From IMG/VR virus record IMGVR_UViG_3300048833_000065, positions 1 through 63,103 of that record: a stretch of DNA of 63,103 nucleotides; one strand, written 5' to 3'. The stretch is from a virus (taxonomy: Duplodnaviria > Caudoviricetes). The notes under the pieces were generated by a model. The model ran no database searches, was not told where the DNA came from, and worked only from the letters and a program-made list of their open reading frames with translations. The translations under genes were made by a program, and so were the position numbers. Positions 24,481 to 32,965 of the stretch are shown here, in pieces. The first letter of the stretch is position 1; each line of letters starts with the position of its first letter.

Positions 24481-26892
24481 TCATATTCCCAAGTTAAGAG
24501 CATTGGCGGCGAAGGCACGACGGCGCGTGCTTGCGCGAGCCAAGACGATTGACCCGGCGCTGAGATGCGCAGATGCACCGCGCAGCGCGAAGGCTTCCGC
24601 CGTAAGGGACGACACCGCCGCCGCTGCCGCCGTCCGCATCCGCTCGCGCATGGCTTGGGCCGCAAGATCGGCGGTCGATGCAATGGCGGCATCTGCGGTC
24701 TTGAACTTCGACGCGGCAACGGTGACGGACGACGAGGCGGCGACCGAAGCGCCGCGATCCCTTGTGCGCCTCGCGCTCGCGGCGACCGTTGCATGAGCCT
24801 CAAGGCGAGCCGCGCCGATCTTGTCGTTTCCGCTCGCCGCGATGAGCGTGACAGTGGTGACGAGGCTTGCGCTTCTGGTTCGATTAGCGCCCGCCTGGGC
24901 GGCAAGAGAAGAAGAGATCGAAAGCGACGCCGAAGCGAACCGCTCGCGCCTTGCATCGGAGGAAAGGGCCGCGCTCGCTGCAAGCGATGCCGACACCTTG
25001 CGTTCGGCGGATGCCTCGCCGCTCGCGCTCGACGTTGCAACGAGAGAAGCCGCCACTTCCTTGACGCGGATCGCGGGCGAGGCAAGAGACGCCGACGCGG
25101 AGAGAACGGCGCGCCCGTCCTTGATGCCTTGAGCCGTGGCGGCAGTCGAAGCGGAGGCTGCAAGCGAGGCGGTGCGCTCGCGCGTCCTTGTTGCCGCCGC
25201 CGCTATGACGACTTGCGAATAGAGAGCGGCGCTCCGCTCGCGCAATGCGAAAGGCTCTTCTGCTTCCGCAACGATTTCCGCAAAGGCATTAAGCGAGGCA
25301 TGAGCAAGGCGGATCGGGTTCGGCGTCGCGGCAAGCGACGAAGCGGCAACAAGGCTTGCCCCGCGCTCATGCACGGTGCCGCTTTCGATCTCGGCGCTGG
25401 CAACGATGGCCGAGGATGCTGCAAGGCTTGCAGTGTTTCCGCGCGTGACCGAGTAGGAACAGGCGAGCGAGGACGATGCAGAGAGCGCCGCCGTGCGATC
25501 ACGAATGCGTGCGGCAGAGGCCGCGACCGCGCCCGTTGCGGAGAGCGATGCGGTGCGAGGCCGGGACGCGCCAGCGAGCGCGGAGAGCGCCGCAGAGACG
25601 GCGAGAGCTGCCTGACGCCCGCGAAGCCTTGTGGCGCTCGCAGCAACCGATCCGCTGGCGGCGATGGATGCCGTGGCACCGCGCGTGACGATCCATGATG
25701 CGGAAACGAGCGAGGTCGCAGAGAGCAGGACTGAGCGGAAGCGAAGACCGCCGCCAACGGTGAGCGATGAGCCAGCGCCAGCAAGGATCGCGGAGCGGGA
25801 GCGGATCGCACCGCGTGCCGAAGTCAGCGTTGCGGATGCCGCGAGGACCGCACCGCGATTGCCGATGCGCTGCGCGGTCGCGCTGATCGTTGCGCTTGCT
25901 GCGAGGACTGCCGTCCTGTTTCGCGTGCGCGTTGCCGATGCGCTGACCGCACCCGTTGCGGTGAGTGCCGCCGATGCCTCGCGCGTTTCCGGTCGCGGGA
26001 GTGTCCCGCGCCACGGCACATGAGGCCACGCGATGTTCGTCCAGACGGAAGGCCGGAAGGCATTCGCGTCGATGGCCGACGACGCCGGGAGAGAAGCCGA
26101 CCGCTCCTGCGGAGGCACGCCGGAAACAAAGGTTCCGGTCGCCTCAAGTGTTGCGCTCGCGGAGAGCGTTGCGGAGCGAACGCGCGCCACGCTTGGCTCG
26201 GCTGCAATGGTCGCAGCGCCAGAAATCGCGGCGGAAGCGTTCCGCACGACCGCCGCCTGTTCGAAGACGATCCACGCCAGCGCGCCGTCTTCGCCGTTGG
26301 AACCGCCTGTGCAAGTGACGGCGGTCGCGGTGAGCGCGGTGGCGCGCGTTGCCGTCGTATGGCGGAAGGTGCCAGCGTCAACGTCGAGGTCTTCGGTCGC
26401 GTTGGCCCATGTCTTCGCGTTGGTGTCGGTCGCGCCAGCGGCGACCGCGATGAACACGCCGCCTTCGGGAATGTCGATGTTCCCGGTCGTGAGGCGATCC
26501 GTGGCGTCCATGTCGGTCGAGCCGTCAACGCCGCTCGACAGGAACACTCCTTCGAGGACGCGATAGACCGAGATGTGGTTCGCCGTGGCGGCGGGCGACG
26601 CGCCGAATGTGACCTTGAAGGTCGCTGTCGTTCCGGTCGGAACATCGAGGTAGAAGATGCGCGCATAGACCGCGCCGAAATTGCCCGTCTCCGTGATGGC
26701 GTTCATCGTCGTGTCGCCATCGCCGAAGTCGATGGTCGCGGAGTTGGGCGAGGCGCTGGCAAGTTCCGCGCCGACGACAAGGACAACTGTGCGGTAAGGA
26801 TCAGCCGCGCCGATGGAGACGCCGCTATAGGTGGCGACGTTGCTTGAGGCTGCTACGCCAGCGGGGTTTGCTGTCCTTGTGACCGATGCCAT
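24481..26892 (-). CDS. Virion fibre-like protein with Ala/Ser-rich repeats
   Basis: N-terminal beta domain, then many R.A.L.A...A.A repeats of about 20 aa. Confidence 0.7.
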   Translation of the reverse strand: MASVTRTANPAGVAASSNVATYSGVSIGAADPYRTVVLVVGAELASASPNSATIDFGDGDTTMNAITETGNFGAVYARIFYLDVPTGTTATFKVTFGASPAATANHISVYRVLEGVFLSSGVDGSTDMDATDRLTTGNIDIPEGGVFIAVAAGATDTNAKTWANATEDLDVDAGTFRHTTATRATALTATAVTCTGGSNGEDGALAWIVFEQAAVVRNASAAISGAATIAAEPSVARVRSATLSASATLEATGTFVSGVPPQERSASLPASSAIDANAFRPSVWTNIAWPHVPWRGTLPRPETREASAALTATGAVSASATRTRNRTAVLAASATISATAQRIGNRGAVLAASATLTSARGAIRSRSAILAGAGSSLTVGGGLRFRSVLLSATSLVSASWIVTRGATASIAASGSVAASATRLRGRQAALAVSAALSALAGASRPRTASLSATGAVAASAARIRDRTAALSASSSLACSYSVTRGNTASLAASSAIVASAEIESGTVHERGASLVAASSLAATPNPIRLAHASLNAFAEIVAEAEEPFALRERSAALYSQVVIAAAATRTRERTASLAASASTAATAQGIKDGRAVLSASASLASPAIRVKEVAASLVATSSASGEASAERKVSASLAASAALSSDARRERFASASLSISSSLAAQAGANRTRSASLVTTVTLIAASGNDKIGAARLEAHATVAASARRTRDRGASVAASSSVTVAASKFKTADAAIASTADLAAQAMRERMRTAAAAAVSSLTAEAFALRGASAHLSAGSIVLARASTRRRAFAANALNLGI

Positions 26893-26926
26893 CTGTCAGT
26901 GCGCCCCTATGGCGTAAGGTGAAAGG

Positions 26927-26952
26927 AAAAGGCCCGCGCGTGGACGCGGGCC
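26927..26952 (-). terminator. Terminator-like hairpin after the HNH gene
   Basis: - strand GGCCCGCG-loop-CGCGGGCC followed by TTTT. Confidence 0.5.
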
Positions 26953-26958
26953 ACGTCA

Positions 26959-27756
26959 TCAATCGATGGATGCTGGACGAATGTTGCGCGATCCGCACGC
27001 CGCGCACTCATAGGCGATGTGCTTGCCGTGTTTTCCGAAGCGGAGTTGCAGATTGCTCACTTTGTTATTCTCTTTGTTGCCATCGATATGATGGACGGTT
27101 TCATGTTGAAGCAGCGGGCGACCGAGTTCGTGCGCCATGACAAGGCGGTGTTCTTGAACGTAGCCCACGCTATTCATCATTGCCGCGCCGATGGCATCTC
27201 CAGATTGAGGCATGACCATCACATAGCCACCAGCCTTTGTCTTGCCACCCTTCCACATTCCGTGTTGTTCTCGACGCGGCATCCTGCTGTCTGACGACAC
27301 TCCAAGCCTGCGAAGCGTGCGACCGATAATTGGCTGGCTCACCCCTAACTCGTCGGCAATAGCCTGTTGAGACTTGCCCGCTTCTCGCAGAGCAATGATC
27401 TTTGCGCAGTCGCTATTGTCGAAGCGGTGCAATCCGCCCGGTCGCAGTTCGCGCCCCGCAGCCTTGAGAGCAGCCGCCGCAGTTGCAACAGTGCAGTCAA
27501 GCCTTGCGGCTATCTCTGTTGCCGTGCTTCCGTTGTCGAAGAGCCTAAGAGCAAGCTCAAGGTTTTTTCCAGAAACCTTTCGCTTAAACTCCTGACCCCT
27601 CTCCCTGCCACGAGACTTTACGTCGTTGCGCCTGAGAATGTCATAGATGAGGCCATTACTATAACCTATCTCGCGGGCGATGGTGTTAGCTCCAATGCCC
27701 GCGAGATACATCTTGATGACCTTTTTTTCTACTGTCCGGTTAACCTTGTTTGGCAT
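26959..27756 (-). CDS. HNH homing endonuclease with repeated N-terminal HTHs
   Basis: EHRLVM...VHHIDGNKENNKVSNL; AGGAGG RBS. Confidence 0.88.
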   Translation of the reverse strand: MPNKVNRTVEKKVIKMYLAGIGANTIAREIGYSNGLIYDILRRNDVKSRGRERGQEFKRKVSGKNLELALRLFDNGSTATEIAARLDCTVATAAAALKAAGRELRPGGLHRFDNSDCAKIIALREAGKSQQAIADELGVSQPIIGRTLRRLGVSSDSRMPRREQHGMWKGGKTKAGGYVMVMPQSGDAIGAAMMNSVGYVQEHRLVMAHELGRPLLQHETVHHIDGNKENNKVSNLQLRFGKHGKHIAYECAACGSRNIRPASID

Positions 27757-27842
27757 GAAACCAACCTCCTGTGATTTGGCTGGAAGCATACCAATGCGAT
27801 TAGGCGGTTTGCAATAGTATAAAAAACGCGTCTGCTATAGCC

Positions 27843-28232
27843 TTAATCCACCGAGATATCGAGACTTCCAGCCGCGAGCTTGAGGCTGTCGTTCACGTTG
27901 ATCGTGACCGGAGACGAGAGCGCACCCTTCGCGAGGCAGTTGCCAGCCGATACGGTATCCCACACAGAGACGTGCGTGACGTTGCCCCAATTCGATCCGG
28001 TGTTCGGGCCGAAGGTCACGTCGCTGTCGTTGTCGACCAGACCGTTCGTGTCTTCGGTGAAGGTCGCGGCTTGCCGCGCGTAGCCGTTGCCGGAAAGCTC
28101 TGCGGTCGCACCCGTCTCGCCGGGATCGGCGGTGTGCAGCGCGACGAACCACGTTGTCGGGCGCGTGACGGATGCGTTCGTCATCAGCCACTTGATGACT
28201 TGGCTTTCGGCGTAGTTGGACAATGCAGTCAT
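27843..28232 (-). CDS. Virion structural protein (fibre base)
   Basis: VALHTADPGETG..ELSGNGYARQ...WGNVTH family motif. Confidence 0.75.
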   Translation of the reverse strand: MTALSNYAESQVIKWLMTNASVTRPTTWFVALHTADPGETGATAELSGNGYARQAATFTEDTNGLVDNDSDVTFGPNTGSNWGNVTHVSVWDTVSAGNCLAKGALSSPVTINVNDSLKLAAGSLDISVD

Positions 28233-28247
28233 TTCGCTTGCTCCTTG

Positions 28248-28727
28248 TTAGCGATAATCGAAGCCGACCGGATCGCCATAGATGGTCGCGCCAGCGTCGG
28301 AGGTGGAAAGAATGATGCGGTCGCGCGCACCAGCGCCTCGCGTGATTTCCGGCGCGCTGCCGGACTGCCAGATTGCTCCGTTCGGCCACGCGAGAATGCC
28401 GAAGTCGCCACTATTCAAAATTTCGAGAGTGAGCCGCGCGATGCGATTGACGGCGGGCCACCCGGTGACGGTGAAGGAAGTCACGTCGCCAGCGATAGTG
28501 AGGCGCACATGCTTTCCGAGCGCGTAGTCGATCACGACCTCGCCGCTGGCGCTGATATCTTGGATCGGCTCAAGCCACGGATCGGGACCAGGCGCGCCGA
28601 CAGGGCCGGGCGATGAGACGAGTGCCACCGTTGCCGATGGCGAGACGAGCGAGAGCGTGACGGGCGCGCTCGACTTGACCGCGACCTGAATGGGAACGGT
28701 CCTTGAGACGACTGCGATCTCGCTCAT
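28248..28727 (-). CDS. Putative structural protein
   Basis: GPVGAPGP collagen-like stretch; WP...W..G.AP fibre-tip-like motif. Confidence 0.55.
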   Translation of the reverse strand: MSEIAVVSRTVPIQVAVKSSAPVTLSLVSPSATVALVSSPGPVGAPGPDPWLEPIQDISASGEVVIDYALGKHVRLTIAGDVTSFTVTGWPAVNRIARLTLEILNSGDFGILAWPNGAIWQSGSAPEITRGAGARDRIILSTSDAGATIYGDPVGFDYR

Positions 28728-29071
28728 CAGGGAAGCCCGCGCGTGACCGGAAGGACGACGGGAACGGTGAGGATGAAACCAAGATAGGCATCGGGATCAA
28801 CGTCGGTGCGAACGAAATCCATCACGACCGTTCCCGGTGTCCAATCCGCCGATGCGCTGCCGGGAATGGAAATGTCGATATGGCTGTCATCGACGCGAAC
28901 GATTTCAGCCGCCGTCGTGAGCGTGATCAGGATCGCTCCGTCACCCACCTTGCGGCGCACATGGCCTGTGATCGTGACGCCAGCCGGAAAGGCGGCGGTG
29001 TCCGCTTCGATGCGGAGCGACCAGTTATATCCCGCCACGATGGCGGGACCGGATTGAACGTCGGTGGTCAT
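28727..29071 (-). CDS. Putative structural protein
   Basis: Beta-rich, ends VTRG, coupled ORF. Confidence 0.55.
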   Translation of the reverse strand: MTTDVQSGPAIVAGYNWSLRIEADTAAFPAGVTITGHVRRKVGDGAILITLTTAAEIVRVDDSHIDISIPGSASADWTPGTVVMDFVRTDVDPDAYLGFILTVPVVLPVTRGLP

Positions 29072-29487
29072 TTCGGTGCGCTGCTCCCTCGAAAGACAAA
29101 CGCGCCACCGCCGAGGCAGAGCGCGAGAATTGCATAGGCCCAATCGACCGTGGCTCCTGCGGAAGGCCACGCCTGTCCGGTGATGAGAAGGAACGCGCTC
29201 GCGCCCCATTGGTAGAAAACAAGGACCGCAAGTTGAGTTATAATCACAGCCACATATGCTCGCTGCAATATTGGAGAAGACCTGACGGAGAGCTGGAACT
29301 CAGTATATTGTTTTGCCGCAACATCAGCCCACGCCTTCTCCGTCTCCTTCACTGTATCCTGTACAGCAATCTCGACGCGAGACTTGAACTCTGCCTCCGA
29401 AATTTCTTTCTTGAGATAAAGTTCAAAGATGCCAGACACCTTATCAAGTACTTTGCCAGTGAGAAGGTTCAGGATCGTTCCGATCAT
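29068..29487 (-). CDS. Holin-like membrane protein
   Basis: Two C-terminal TM segments; in the lysis cassette. Confidence 0.6.
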   Translation of the reverse strand: MIGTILNLLTGKVLDKVSGIFELYLKKEISEAEFKSRVEIAVQDTVKETEKAWADVAAKQYTEFQLSVRSSPILQRAYVAVIITQLAVLVFYQWGASAFLLITGQAWPSAGATVDWAYAILALCLGGGAFVFRGSSAPK

Positions 29488-30131
29488 GCTTTTGCCCTCC
29501 GCGCCAGAGATAAGCGAGCCGCCTCAGAAATCCGCTCCCGTTTCTCCGGGTCCATATTCTTCGCCGCCTTACTCATTTGTGCGCGCCATTCTTCTGATCG
29601 CCTCTTGCCCTTGTGAGTGGCGACTAGCGACGCGATGTGATCTGGTGACAGCTTCCTTCCTTTGTTCTTATTTCCCGCTGCGGCTTTTTGTTCGGGCGTC
29701 CTGTTTAATGCGACCGCACGAAGCTTCGCCTTGGTCGCCTCAGACATTGGAGGACGTTTTTTGCCGAGGCGGCTTGCGCTCATCTTGCGCCGCGTTTCTT
29801 CGGGAAGCCTTTTCCCAATACGAGATGCACTGATCTTGGATCGAACCTCTGGCGTGTGATCGACCCTCCCGGCAATCTGCGAAAGGTTGTAGCGCGGCCT
29901 CAGCGCATCAATGGCAATCTGCTCATACAGGATCAGGTCTTCCTCGCGGCACAAAAGAAGGACGCGACCGCTGAGATCGCCGTGCTTGTTGAAAGCACTT
30001 TGTAGCTTCGGATTTATGTGAGTGCCTTTTCGGAGGAATAGCCTGTGTTCATACAAGCGCCTGTCAATCCTCTTGCTTGAGCCGATGTAGGCACCGTTTG
30101 GGCTTTCGAGAATGTAGACGCCACAATTCAC
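29484..30131 (-). CDS. GIY-YIG endonuclease with NUMOD3 repeats
   Basis: CGVY...YIGSS...R...H; repeated HTPEVRSKIS, PEETRRKMS, SEATKAKL. Confidence 0.9.
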   Translation of the reverse strand: MNCGVYILESPNGAYIGSSKRIDRRLYEHRLFLRKGTHINPKLQSAFNKHGDLSGRVLLLCREEDLILYEQIAIDALRPRYNLSQIAGRVDHTPEVRSKISASRIGKRLPEETRRKMSASRLGKKRPPMSEATKAKLRAVALNRTPEQKAAAGNKNKGRKLSPDHIASLVATHKGKRRSEEWRAQMSKAAKNMDPEKRERISEAARLSLARRAKA

Positions 30132-30340
30132 GCTTTCGGCTCCATGGGCTTGTTCGCTGGCGACCAGTAAACGACAAAGCCGTTGATGAAGCCCGCGACC
30201 GCGCTCACGATCATGATTTCTATCTCGCTGTTGATGTCGAAACCGAAGGACTGCTCCGCGAGCTTGATGAGAGCGGTGGTGATCGCGCCAGCAAGGCCAG
30301 CCGCGAACATCTTGCTCCGCTGCTTGATGTAGTCGTTCAT
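30128..30340 (-). CDS. Putative holin (2 TM)
   Basis: Two hydrophobic segments; directly after the endolysin. Confidence 0.55.
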   Translation of the reverse strand: MNDYIKQRSKMFAAGLAGAITTALIKLAEQSFGFDINSEIEIMIVSAVAGFINGFVVYWSPANKPMEPKA

Positions 30341-31119
30341 CACTGACCTCCCGAGAAAACCCACGCGAAGACCGCGCCCAGGGCGGCGGCGATTGCGCCG
30401 ATGATCCACTGCGCCGCGCTCACGCGCGGCTTCGTCTCCGGAACGGGCGGCGGTGCGGGAGCAGGCGACGGAGGAAGTGGAGTGCTGTCAGAAGGCCGCG
30501 TGATGGGCTTGACGATTGCAGACACTTCCTTGACCTCACCCGTTCCCTCCTTCGTGAGCGCGGCGTTGAGCGCCGCTTCGAACTTCTCGGCATATCCCGC
30601 GATGAGTTGCGCGCGGTCGAGGCCGTTCACGACGCGGCGCATCTGCGAATAGCTTTCGAACTGGCCCATCTTCATTCCGGTGAACCACCCATTCGTCATG
30701 CCGTGGACCATGATGCGCGCGGCGATCTCCGGGTTCAGTGCGAGATCAGGTTCCGCGAGAAGGTCGCGACCGATGAGCTTCGACGCCTTTGCATAGTTGG
30801 CGCGCCCGGTGATCTGGACGTAACCCCTGCCCGAAAACTTGCGACCGTCTCCCGGCTGCGTGTTGCCGAGATCGGAGCGGTTTTCGTATCGCGTCTGCGC
30901 GGCGGTCGGTCCCCAAATTTCCCGGCGCGGCGTCATGTGAAGTGCGGAGGACGTCGGTCCCGTTTCATGCCACGCGGTCGCGAGGACATAGGCGCGATGG
31001 CGGATCGGCAGTCCTTCGGTCGCGGAGACAAGCCTTTCGATCCCGTCCACTTGGCTCTGCGTGAGCGGGCCGAAGCCCGCGCGCAGGGCATCAAACATCA
31101 CCTTCCGGTTGATATTCAT
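30340..31119 (-). CDS. Endolysin, GH19 chitinase-like family
   Basis: LATAWHET, GRGYVQITGRANY, RRVVNGLDRA; Pro-rich linker and C-terminal TM. Confidence 0.88.
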   Translation of the reverse strand: MNINRKVMFDALRAGFGPLTQSQVDGIERLVSATEGLPIRHRAYVLATAWHETGPTSSALHMTPRREIWGPTAAQTRYENRSDLGNTQPGDGRKFSGRGYVQITGRANYAKASKLIGRDLLAEPDLALNPEIAARIMVHGMTNGWFTGMKMGQFESYSQMRRVVNGLDRAQLIAGYAEKFEAALNAALTKEGTGEVKEVSAIVKPITRPSDSTPLPPSPAPAPPPVPETKPRVSAAQWIIGAIAAALGAVFAWVFSGGQ

Positions 31120-31259
31120 TTCCGTTTCTCCATTTGCGGCTAGACGGGCCAGAAACGGCCCACAGGCGGCTTTCCCCGGCTGGCTCCTATGGCAGGGCCT
31201 CCCGCCACGACTTGCCGGAAATTGACCGCTCAGTTTTTGAATTTGCGGGGGTCCGGAGG

Positions 31260-32261
31260 CTATTCCGCCCCGCCACCCTCCGACCCGGCAGATTTGAGTT
31301 CCAGTTTCGTCGTGAAGCCGGATCGGGAATATTCGTGGTCCACGCTTTCGATCCGATAGGCTCCGTCGATCCCGGCTCGCGTGCCGCTGACGATGCAGAG
31401 GCCATCCGGGATCGCCCCGGTGTCGCCTTCAATCGTCACCGAGCCTTCGGCAACGTCGCGCTCGCTCGTCGCCTTGTCGCTTCCGGCGCGGTCCTTCGAT
31501 TGCTGCTCGTCCGGTTCGGAGTAGCGGGCGACGCTCTCGGCGTCGGCAGTCGTCTGAACCTCGACCTCCTGCTCCTTCCACTTCGCTTCCTTCCGGTCGT
31601 ACCAGCGCGCCCGCGTCTTCTTGAACGCGGGCCGGCCGAGCGCGGGCGTGATATCCCACGAATGAAGGTTGTCGCCCCAAGCCGCGCGGACGAAGGAAGT
31701 GTAGGAACCCATCCGCTTGCTCATCGTCGCGGTGGTTCCCTGCACACGGAAGTTCCCGCCGATCTCCCGCGCCAGGCGCTCGCCAAGATGGATGAAGCTC
31801 TCATCGCGCATCTCGACATACTCGCGCTTGATCTCGGCAAGGTCCGGATCGACCTCGACGCTCGTCACGCCCGCCTTCTTCCCGGCTTCGGTCAGAACGT
31901 CCTTGATGGTCTTCTTGTCGAAGTGCCGCTGCTGCGGCTCCTTCGCCTTGCCCTTCGTGTCGATCCCCTTCGCGCTCACCGTGATGGTGCGGCCCGAACG
32001 CGAGCCGCTGCTCCTGACCTCGTCCACCGTCCCGGTGAAGACCAGACGCACGCCGCCGCCTTCCCATCCGAGCATGATGACGACGGGAACGCCGTCCTGC
32101 GGAAGCGCGAGCCGCCCGTCCGTGTCGTCAAGCTCTATCGTCGCGGTGTCCGAATGCGTGCCGACCTTGTCGGAGACGCGAAGCGAGATCAGGTGCGGGT
32201 TCAGCTTGCTCGTCACATCGGCACCGCCGATCATCACCATGTAGACCGCGCGCTTCGTCAT
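31260..32261 (-). CDS. Baseplate hub / late control D protein (P2 gpD-like)
   Basis: LISLRVSD...DTATIELDD, ESFIHLGERLA, YRIESVDHEYS. Confidence 0.85.
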   Translation of the reverse strand: MTKRAVYMVMIGGADVTSKLNPHLISLRVSDKVGTHSDTATIELDDTDGRLALPQDGVPVVIMLGWEGGGVRLVFTGTVDEVRSSGSRSGRTITVSAKGIDTKGKAKEPQQRHFDKKTIKDVLTEAGKKAGVTSVEVDPDLAEIKREYVEMRDESFIHLGERLAREIGGNFRVQGTTATMSKRMGSYTSFVRAAWGDNLHSWDITPALGRPAFKKTRARWYDRKEAKWKEQEVEVQTTADAESVARYSEPDEQQSKDRAGSDKATSERDVAEGSVTIEGDTGAIPDGLCIVSGTRAGIDGAYRIESVDHEYSRSGFTTKLELKSAGSEGGGAE

Positions 32262-32264
32262 GCG

Positions 32265-32486
32265 TCACCAGAGCTTGATCGGTTCCAGAATTTCTGTCGG
32301 CCTTGGCAGAGGTATTGGCAAAAGAAACTCCGTGCCGACCGGAAGGACGCTCCCGAGATCGGCAAGGTCTTGGTTTATGTCGAGCGTCAGTTCGACCAGC
32401 CCCGGCATCGGACGATGAAAGCGACGCCAGACGATGAGGGAGAGCGTCAGTTGTTCGCCTTGGATCGTGATCCTTTCATAGACCAT
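32265..32486 (-). CDS. Tail protein X (P2 gpX-like)
   Basis: N.DLA..G.VLPVGT...P...IKLW. Confidence 0.85.
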   Translation of the reverse strand: MVYERITIQGEQLTLSLIVWRRFHRPMPGLVELTLDINQDLADLGSVLPVGTEFLLPIPLPRPTEILEPIKLW

Positions 32487-32491
32487 GACGC

Positions 32492-32965
32492 CTATCTCCG
32501 AAGGATGCTGTTGACGGCGGTGGCAACGAAGCCGGACGCAGCGCCACCAAGGCTTCCCGCCATGATTGAAAAGAAGGAGCCGTCAGACGGCTTTCCGGTT
32601 TTGCGGACTTGGATATCAACATCGATGATTTGACCGACGCCCTTTGCATCGAGGTAGGTTGATTTCTCGCTCACGCTTTCGATGGCAACCCACCCCATTG
32701 CCTTGCCGTCGCCGCGCACGAGGTATTGCGGCTTGCCGCTCGCCCTTGCCTGAAAGAGCTTCTGCAAGTCGTCCATGCCACCGAACTTCGCAGGGAACAG
32801 GCGCGCTTGGATCGTCCATGTCTCCGCGCCGTCGCCCACCCATTCAAGCGGCGGGCGCGTGCCGACGACAGGCTTCTCCGCGAACGGCGTCTCATGGTTG
32901 TGCGTGTAGCCCGTCGCGTTGAATGGATAGATTTCGAAGGCCACAGGGCCAAGCTTCATCAACAT
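32492..32965 (-). CDS. Tail protein (P2 gpU-like)
   Basis: MLMKLGPVAF, P.EWVG.G.E, RGDG...GW. Confidence 0.85.
   Translation of the reverse strand: MLMKLGPVAFEIYPFNATGYTHNHETPFAEKPVVGTRPPLEWVGDGAETWTIQARLFPAKFGGMDDLQKLFQARASGKPQYLVRGDGKAMGWVAIESVSEKSTYLDAKGVGQIIDVDIQVRKTGKPSDGSFFSIMAGSLGGAASGFVATAVNSILRR

Noticed and set aside
26893-27842. Group I intron carrying the HNH gene
   Set aside because: The flanking genes each look complete with their own start and stop, and the non-coding flanks are too short for an intron core
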